A stretch of DNA of 64,000 nt, taken from contig CALISD010000062.1 of NCBI GenBank assembly GCA_938041955.1, forward strand, positions 97 through 64,096, given 5' to 3'. Positions 58,679 to 64,000 of this stretch are shown in pieces; within the stretch, counting starts at the first letter, position 1, and each line of letters opens with the position of its first letter. The stretch comes from an uncultured Granulosicoccaceae bacterium. Its GTDB lineage: Bacteria > Pseudomonadota > Gammaproteobacteria > Granulosicoccales > Granulosicoccaceae. The notes beneath the pieces are model-generated. The model was not told the origin of the DNA, searched no databases, and was given only the letters and a program-made list of their open reading frames with translations. The translations under genes were made by a program, and so were the position numbers.

Positions 58679-58771
58679 TGGCGGAGAGAGAGGGATTCGA
58701 ACCCTCGATGGAGCTATAAACCCCATACTCCCTTAGCAGGGGAGCGCCTTCTACCACTCGGCCACGTCTCC
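58679..58771 (-). tRNA. tRNA-Ser (anticodon GCU)
   Basis: The reverse complement is GGAGACGTGGCCGAGTGGTAGAAGGCGCTCCCCTGCTAAGGGAGTATGGGGTTTATAGCTCCATCGAGGGTTCGAATCCCTCTCTCTCCGCCA. It has a long variable arm, anticodon loop CTGCTAA and encoded CCA. One C6-C67 mismatch in the acceptor stem. Confidence 0.9.
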
Positions 58772-58995
58772 GAGCGGGGAAGTAGCGATTCCTCCTTGCC
58801 CCTGCAAGCCCTAATCAAGCGCAATACAGTTCTTATTCACGTTTCTTTTTTGTTAACCATAACGCTGGCGAATTTGACCCACGGCAGAACACTCCAACAC
58901 CCTCGGCTTGGAAGGTGCATGTCTGAAATAATATCTGATCGTTTACGAGATATTCGCACCGTGACGATACAACCTAAAAAAAACGGGTGAGTTGA

Positions 58996-60615
58996 ATGCC
59001 AATACAGAACAAAAAGAGCGCAGCTAAGCTGTCTCGTTCGGAAGATGTGAGACCTAAACGCAGTTCTGTTCGTCAGGGTGACGAAAAACGTGGGTCGTCT
59101 GATTCCCGACTGGAAGCCTATGCTCAGAAAATTCGCCCAGAGACTACCAAAGCGCCAAAGATAGATCGACGTCGCAAGCGCCTAACCGCTTCGGACATCA
59201 AAGTTCCAAAACAACAAATCAACATGAACGCTGTGAGGTTCGGACTACGAGGTCTCGACATTATTCTTGTTTGTGCGATTATCGCCATTGGAATTTGGAA
59301 TGGTTACATTGGCGTCAACAATCGAGGGATAGCAGCGCCCGTCGTCGCCTCCGTCCTTGGGTCAATTATATTCATTGCGGCCTTGTTTGTGTCTAACGCT
59401 TATCGCTTCAATGCCGTTGCGACTTTGTCGTCTCATTTAAAAACCGTCGTGACCGCCAGTTTTGCGGCGCTTGGCGTCTGGCTAACTGTAGCACTCATTG
59501 TTCGGCCAGAAACGTTCCTACCCGATGCTTTGGCAAAGGCTGGGCTTGGCGCGATCGCGCTGTTGGCCGTTCTCCATAGTTTTTACCACGTACAAGTGCG
59601 TCGCCTACACAAACGTGGGGCTCTGGCTCCGACAATTGTTATGTTGGGCGCAACCGAAAGTGCGCGTCGTATTATTGAAGAGAATGCGAAGTCCAAAGAA
59701 CTCAACATTCTCGGCATATTTGATGATCGTATGGCCCGTGCACCGCATAATATTCACGGAGTTCCCGTCGTAGGGACCGTCGACGACCTCTTGGCTTGGG
59801 ACGCCCTGCCTTATGTCAACCGTATCGTTGTAACATTACCGTCTATGGCAAATAAACGAAAACAGGATTTTGTAAATCGAGTGAGGCTCCTGCCGAACCG
59901 TATTGCCTTTGTGGTCGATGAATTTGAAACTTTGAATCACGTTCAGCAACGCGTGTCAGAAATCGCAGAAATTAGCCTTCGCGATGTCACGGGCAACCCA
60001 AAATCAGGTCGTCATACGGCGGTCAAAAGATTGTTGGACATCGGTATTTCATCTACAGCATTGGTGCTGGGTGCGCCAATTTTAGCCTTAATCGCCCTAC
60101 TCATCCGCTTAGATAGTCCTGGTCCAGCCTTGTTCAAACAACCGCGGCACGGCTTTAATAACCGCGTTTTTGATGTCTATAAATTCAGGTCCATGCGCAA
60201 TGACAAAGCTGACTTGAAGGCGGAACAACAAACGGCAGTTGGCGATGCTCGGGTCACGAAAATTGGGCGCTTCATTCGGAAAACGTCTCTCGACGAATTG
60301 CCGCAACTTCTCAATGTACTGAAAGGCGAAATGTCTCTTGTTGGACCGCGACCACATGCCGTTGGGATGAAGACGGAAGGCAAAACAAGCATCGACCTTG
60401 TTGCCGAGTATGCCCATCGTCATAAAGTCAAACCTGGCATGACTGGGTGGGCGCAAATTAGCGGATCGCGGGGACCATTGCACACCGGAAATGATGTTGA
60501 AGAACGTGTTCGTCTAGATGTTGAATATATAGAACAATCTAACGTGCTTTGGGACATTTTCATCATGTTGAAAACACTACCTGTCCTCTTGGGCGACCGT
60601 AGCAACGCGCGATAA
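58996..60615 (+). CDS. Polyprenyl-phosphate sugar phosphotransferase (exopolysaccharide priming glycosyltransferase, WbaP/WcaJ-like)
   Basis: Bacterial sugar transferase motifs [30 protein letters not shown] and [21 protein letters not shown]. Five TM helices. A possible alternative start at ATG 59224 would remove a 76-aa basic extension. Confidence 0.9.
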   Translation: MPIQNKKSAAKLSRSEDVRPKRSSVRQGDEKRGSSDSRLEAYAQKIRPETTKAPKIDRRRKRLTASDIKVPKQQINMNAVRFGLRGLDIILVCAIIAIGIWNGYIGVNNRGIAAPVVASVLGSIIFIAALFVSNAYRFNAVATLSSHLKTVVTASFAALGVWLTVALIVRPETFLPDALAKAGLGAIALLAVLHSFYHVQVRRLHKRGALAPTIVMLGATESARRIIEENAKSKELNILGIFDDRMARAPHNIHGVPVVGTVDDLLAWDALPYVNRIVVTLPSMANKRKQDFVNRVRLLPNRIAFVVDEFETLNHVQQRVSEIAEISLRDVTGNPKSGRHTAVKRLLDIGISSTALVLGAPILALIALLIRLDSPGPALFKQPRHGFNNRVFDVYKFRSMRNDKADLKAEQQTAVGDARVTKIGRFIRKTSLDELPQLLNVLKGEMSLVGPRPHAVGMKTEGKTSIDLVAEYAHRHKVKPGMTGWAQISGSRGPLHTGNDVEERVRLDVEYIEQSNVLWDIFIMLKTLPVLLGDRSNAR

Positions 60616-60620
60616 CCAAA

Positions 60621-62090
60621 ATGTTAGGTCGTTCCATTCTCGCCTACTTGCCAGTTAATCTAGCGAATGTGGTCACCGCATTTGGCACGATTGCTATTCT
60701 CACGCGTATCTTGGAGCCCGCTGAGTTTGGTCTATATGCGATTGCGATGATCACGATGCAATTCGTGCATATGGGTCTATTTACGTGGATGGAAGCCGCC
60801 ATGGCGCGCTATCAGGCACGTGCAGAGAGAGAAGACGATGTCGCCTCCCATCTAAAAACGCTTTATCATTTAGCTGCAATAGCGGGTGCCGTTGGATTTC
60901 TCGTTATAATGTTGGCGCTCTATTTCGCTCCACTGGATTCCAAACTCACCTATGTTTTGTGTTTTGCGTTGGGGTCGACCTGTCTCCAAGTTCTGTTCAA
61001 TCTTGGCATGGAAGCCCATAAAGCTGCGCACAGAATTAAACGCTACTCAATAACGTTTTCCACGCAGACGCTCATCAGTTTTACGCTTGGTATATTATTT
61101 ATTCTTCACACCCCCCTTCAGGCGGCGGCACCCTTCGTGGGCGTAATATGCGGTCTAATTCTGGTAGGTAGTATTGACCTTGTCTTTATGTGGAAACGCA
61201 TGCGCGGCGGCGAATATCAGCCTGAAAAAGTTAAAACCTATTTCACCTATGGCGCACCGCTTTGCATCGGATTGCTTCTATCTTATGCTTTGAATTCTGC
61301 GGACGTCTATTTGATCGCGGTCATCATGGATACCGCATCGGCGGGTGAGTATAGTGCAGGGTATAATCTTGCAAACCGCAGTCTCGACATCCTCTTCATT
61401 TGGATCGCAATGGCCGTGACACCCGTCGCCGTGACTGCGATGGAACAACACGGTAAAGAAGGATCACGGGACATTCTTAAATCTTATGGGGCGACGCTAT
61501 TGTGGATCGCGATGCCAGCCGCGACGGGCATCGCCCTCGTGTCAAAAGACGCTGGCTTTATTTTAGGTGAAGGCATTCGCGAAGGTGCGGTGTCCGTTAT
61601 GCCGTGGATTGCGATTGCCGGCCTAATTAACGGGGTCATGACCTACTATGTCCATCGAGCATTTATGTTGTCGGGACAAACACAGAAATACGTCTGGGCG
61701 CTGATACTTCCTGTCATATTAAATATTGCGTTGAATCTATTGCTTATCCCGACACAGGGTTTGATGGGTGCTGTCTGGGCGACAATTTTCTCCTACCTTC
61801 TCGCGATTGTAATTGCGACAATCCTTGCCCGACGCGATTACCCTCTTCCCTTACCTGCTCGCGCAGCCTTTGAAATCGCAGGCTGTAGCGCGGCAATGGC
61901 GAGTGCTGTTTATCTTCTTCCTTTGAGTCAAATGACCCCAGGTATTGTTACATTGCTAATTAAGGCCACCGTTGGCATCGTCGTTTACATCCTAGCCTGC
62001 TGGATCATAAATGCCGCTGATTGCCGCACATTCATTCGCGAAGCCCGTCAACGTTTGGTCAAGTCACCCCTTCCGGAGGTAGCTGAATGA
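60621..62090 (+). CDS. Polysaccharide/oligosaccharide flippase (MOP superfamily, Wzx-like)
   Basis: 489 aa, about 12-14 TM helices. N-terminus ANVVTAFGTIAILTRILEPAEFGLYAIA is typical of polysaccharide biosynthesis (Polysacc_synt) proteins. Confidence 0.85.
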   Translation: MLGRSILAYLPVNLANVVTAFGTIAILTRILEPAEFGLYAIAMITMQFVHMGLFTWMEAAMARYQARAEREDDVASHLKTLYHLAAIAGAVGFLVIMLALYFAPLDSKLTYVLCFALGSTCLQVLFNLGMEAHKAAHRIKRYSITFSTQTLISFTLGILFILHTPLQAAAPFVGVICGLILVGSIDLVFMWKRMRGGEYQPEKVKTYFTYGAPLCIGLLLSYALNSADVYLIAVIMDTASAGEYSAGYNLANRSLDILFIWIAMAVTPVAVTAMEQHGKEGSRDILKSYGATLLWIAMPAATGIALVSKDAGFILGEGIREGAVSVMPWIAIAGLINGVMTYYVHRAFMLSGQTQKYVWALILPVILNIALNLLLIPTQGLMGAVWATIFSYLLAIVIATILARRDYPLPLPARAAFEIAGCSAAMASAVYLLPLSQMTPGIVTLLIKATVGIVVYILACWIINAADCRTFIREARQRLVKSPLPEVAE

Positions 62091-63016
62091 CCATCCTTCA
62101 TACACACAGCTCCACATTTGACGAGACACGCCCGAGCCTCTCGGTCCTGATCCCGTTTTTCAAAGACGACGCTGAAGCATTGTTGCGTGCGCTGGACGCC
62201 GAAGTGACAACGCATCCTGTTGAAATCCTTATTTATGATGACGGTACGGATGATGTGGATTTGACAAAGAGTATGCAGATCGTTGTCAATGACTGCTTAT
62301 CCGCGGTGAAACTTATTACAAATTCCGAAAACAAGGGCCGCTCTGCTGCGCGCAACGCATTGTGTGAAAACGCTCGTGGGGACTGGGTCTTGTTTTTAGA
62401 TGCAGACATGCTTCCTGGTAAAATTGACTTCCTACAGTCTTATCTAAAGCTCATGAATGAAGCCAAAGCCGACGTTATTTTTGGCGGGTTTCAAGTTGAG
62501 GCACAGGCACAGGATGCGGATCGCGATATTCATCGTGCGCTCTCAGAAATTTCAGATTGCCTCAGCCTCGCCGAACGACAGGCCGCCGGTCCGCAATATG
62601 TCGCGTCCTCGAATTTATGTATGCGCCGCAACGTTCTGACGGAGCAACCTTTCGATGCTGATTTTGAAGGATGGGGTTGGGAGGATAGCGAGTGGGCGGC
62701 TCGAGTGTCGAAACATTTCACTCTCATTCATGCAGATAATCCTGCCATTCACCTGGGACTTGAGACAACGGATACGATGCTCCGTCGTTTCGCAACATCT
62801 GGGGCGAATTATCGTCGTTTTACCGACGCACATCCGGATCTCGCGCCCAAACTCGCGCTCTATCAAATTTCAAAGAAACTTGGTCGGCTACCAGGTCAGG
62901 CCTTGATGCGGCCCATTTTAAAGTTCTGCGTGAAGGTTAAGCTTCTACCAATGCGCCTCCGTCTACTGGCTCTGAAACTATGGCGCGCCTCTCATTACGC
63001 TGAGGCATTGTCATGA
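62087..63016 (+). CDS. Glycosyltransferase family 2
   Basis: 309 aa. LSVLIPFFKDD, IYDDGTDD, NKGRSAARN and FLDADM (DxD) motifs. Its start overlaps the flippase stop. Confidence 0.85.
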   Translation: MTILHTHSSTFDETRPSLSVLIPFFKDDAEALLRALDAEVTTHPVEILIYDDGTDDVDLTKSMQIVVNDCLSAVKLITNSENKGRSAARNALCENARGDWVLFLDADMLPGKIDFLQSYLKLMNEAKADVIFGGFQVEAQAQDADRDIHRALSEISDCLSLAERQAAGPQYVASSNLCMRRNVLTEQPFDADFEGWGWEDSEWAARVSKHFTLIHADNPAIHLGLETTDTMLRRFATSGANYRRFTDAHPDLAPKLALYQISKKLGRLPGQALMRPILKFCVKVKLLPMRLRLLALKLWRASHYAEALS

Positions 63017-63756
63017 AGTCTTCGTATAGAATTTTCACGCGACGCCTATCGCGATATGTCGAAAAATCGATCTTGCCGACGCCAGATCAATCCATTGTCA
63101 CATTTAGCTTTGACGACTGTCCCCTGTCCGCAATTCAAACAGCCCTGCCCATGTTGGAAGCGCAAGACTGGAGCGCAACAATTTATGTGGCGTGCGGACT
63201 TTGCGATACAGAAAATCACTTGGGCGTGCATATGAGTCTGCAAGACGTAACCGACGTCCATGCGCGTGGTCATGAAATTGCCGATCATACATTCTCTCAT
63301 CTTAACACGATGGATGTTAGCCTAGAGACGTTCCTTGCAGATATCGAAAAGAACCAAAGCGTTCTGAAAAGTTTAGGCCTGCCGCCCAGCCGACATTTTG
63401 CATATCCATTCGGTGAGGTATCGCCCACTCTGAAACGAGCGCTTCGCAAGCGCTTCTCCACAATGCGTGGCGTTATTTCTCCGAAAACACCTGCTCAAGA
63501 TGCCAATCTTTTGAACGCGATGCGGGTTTATTCTGATGAGACAGTTGAACTCGCGATAACGCAAATTTCAACACTCGCTGAAACCCCTCAGTGGCTACAC
63601 TTTTTCACGCATGACGTTCGCGACACGCCGAGCGAATTTGGATGTACACCCGAAAATTTCAGTCGCATTGTCGCCGCTGTTAAATCCAGCGGTGTCGCCG
63701 TCATGACCGTAGATCAAGCTTACGCATCGCTGCAGCAACAGAGGAATGTCTCATGA
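63013..63756 (+). CDS. Polysaccharide deacetylase (NodB homology domain)
   Basis: 247 aa. FSFDDCP (motif 1) and ADHTFSH (motif 2). Its start overlaps the previous stop. Confidence 0.85.
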   Translation: MKSSYRIFTRRLSRYVEKSILPTPDQSIVTFSFDDCPLSAIQTALPMLEAQDWSATIYVACGLCDTENHLGVHMSLQDVTDVHARGHEIADHTFSHLNTMDVSLETFLADIEKNQSVLKSLGLPPSRHFAYPFGEVSPTLKRALRKRFSTMRGVISPKTPAQDANLLNAMRVYSDETVELAITQISTLAETPQWLHFFTHDVRDTPSEFGCTPENFSRIVAAVKSSGVAVMTVDQAYASLQQQRNVS

Positions 63757-64000
63757 GCTGGCAGGACAACATCATCTCAATCGTTATCCCAACCTACAAA
63801 CGACCAGAGGCCCTTAAACGGCTCCTAACCAGCATTGACGGATCACAAGTTGAAGGTTTTAATTTAGAGATTGTCGTCGCCGATAATGACCCACTCGCCA
63901 GCGCACACGATGTCTTGACCGCTTTTATCGCAAGCGCTGCCTCGAAATTCATTCATGTACACGTCCCTGAACCGGGTGTTTCAAATGCTCGTAATGGCGC
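63753..64000 (+). CDS. Glycosyltransferase family 2, N-terminal fragment (runs off the window end)
   Basis: ATG 63753 overlaps the previous stop (ATGA). Translation MSWQDNIISIVIPTYKRPEALKRLLTSI...IVVADND has no stop up to position 64000. Not in the ORF track because it is open-ended. Confidence 0.8.
   Translation, partial: MSWQDNIISIVIPTYKRPEALKRLLTSIDGSQVEGFNLEIVVADNDPLASAHDVLTAFIASAASKFIHVHVPEPGVSNARNG

Noticed and set aside
58502-64000. tRNA-targeted genomic island carrying the polysaccharide genes
   Set aside because: There is no integrase, no direct repeat of a tRNA 3-prime end and no mobility gene. The cluster lies on the 5-prime side of both tRNAs, whereas islands normally insert at the 3-prime end. 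Kept only as a low-interest composition question.
1-64000. CRISPR arrays, IS elements, transposases, integrases, prophage genes, toxin-antitoxin pairs, retrons/DGRs
   Set aside because: I found no spaced direct-repeat array, no terminal inverted repeats flanking a transposase-like ORF and no reverse transcriptase, recombinase or capsid-like translation in any listed ORF. Manual repeat detection over 64 kb is imperfect, so short MITEs could have been missed.

Overview
This is a 64-kb chromosomal segment. Its gene content fits a marine gammaproteobacterium best, but that is inference only: no database search was run, and family names rest on motifs I recognise in the translations.

I support about 55 protein genes, two tRNAs (Arg-ACG, Ser-GCU), one clear tandem glycine riboswitch and several intrinsic terminators. 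In window order the content is:
- a TAXI-type TRAP transporter (its permease is open at the window edge and missing from the ORF track), then Lrp/DMT, SelO, a methyltransferase and an MFS pump
- a five-gene gamma-butyrobetaine/L-carnitine-type cluster: BKACE, L-carnitine dehydrogenase, acyl-CoA dehydrogenase, ADP-forming CoA ligase, CaiD-like hydratase
- an assimilatory sulfite reductase module (DUF2849-CysI-DUF934) with the siroheme genes cysG and cbiX nearby
- a degenerate-GGDEF/EAL membrane sensor followed by an orphan sugar-type binding protein
- typA and a triple-FAS1 lipoprotein
- a DadA-like FAD oxidoreductase behind the glycine riboswitch
- a MarR-associated aminotransferase/dehydrogenase pair, then tesB
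- a divergent pair: an Omp85-type barrel and a TPR-reprolysin protease with a GlyGly-CTERM tail
- gabD and a dimethylglycine-dehydrogenase-like enzyme
- glgX-glgP-pgi, then hydrolase-sirtuin-alkB
- the start of a polysaccharide biosynthesis locus

I saw no CRISPR array, transposase, integrase, phage gene or recognisable defence gene, so I cannot point to a convincing wholly new system.

The observations most worth a second look are:
- the glycine riboswitch, which lies under three spurious ORFs and controls a non-gcv operon
- the Omp85 / TPR-metalloprotease pair
- the EAL sensor plus orphan binding protein
- the CoA-dependent carnitine-type cluster
- three unusually long ORF-free gaps (about 0.65-1.0 kb), one of them densely structured
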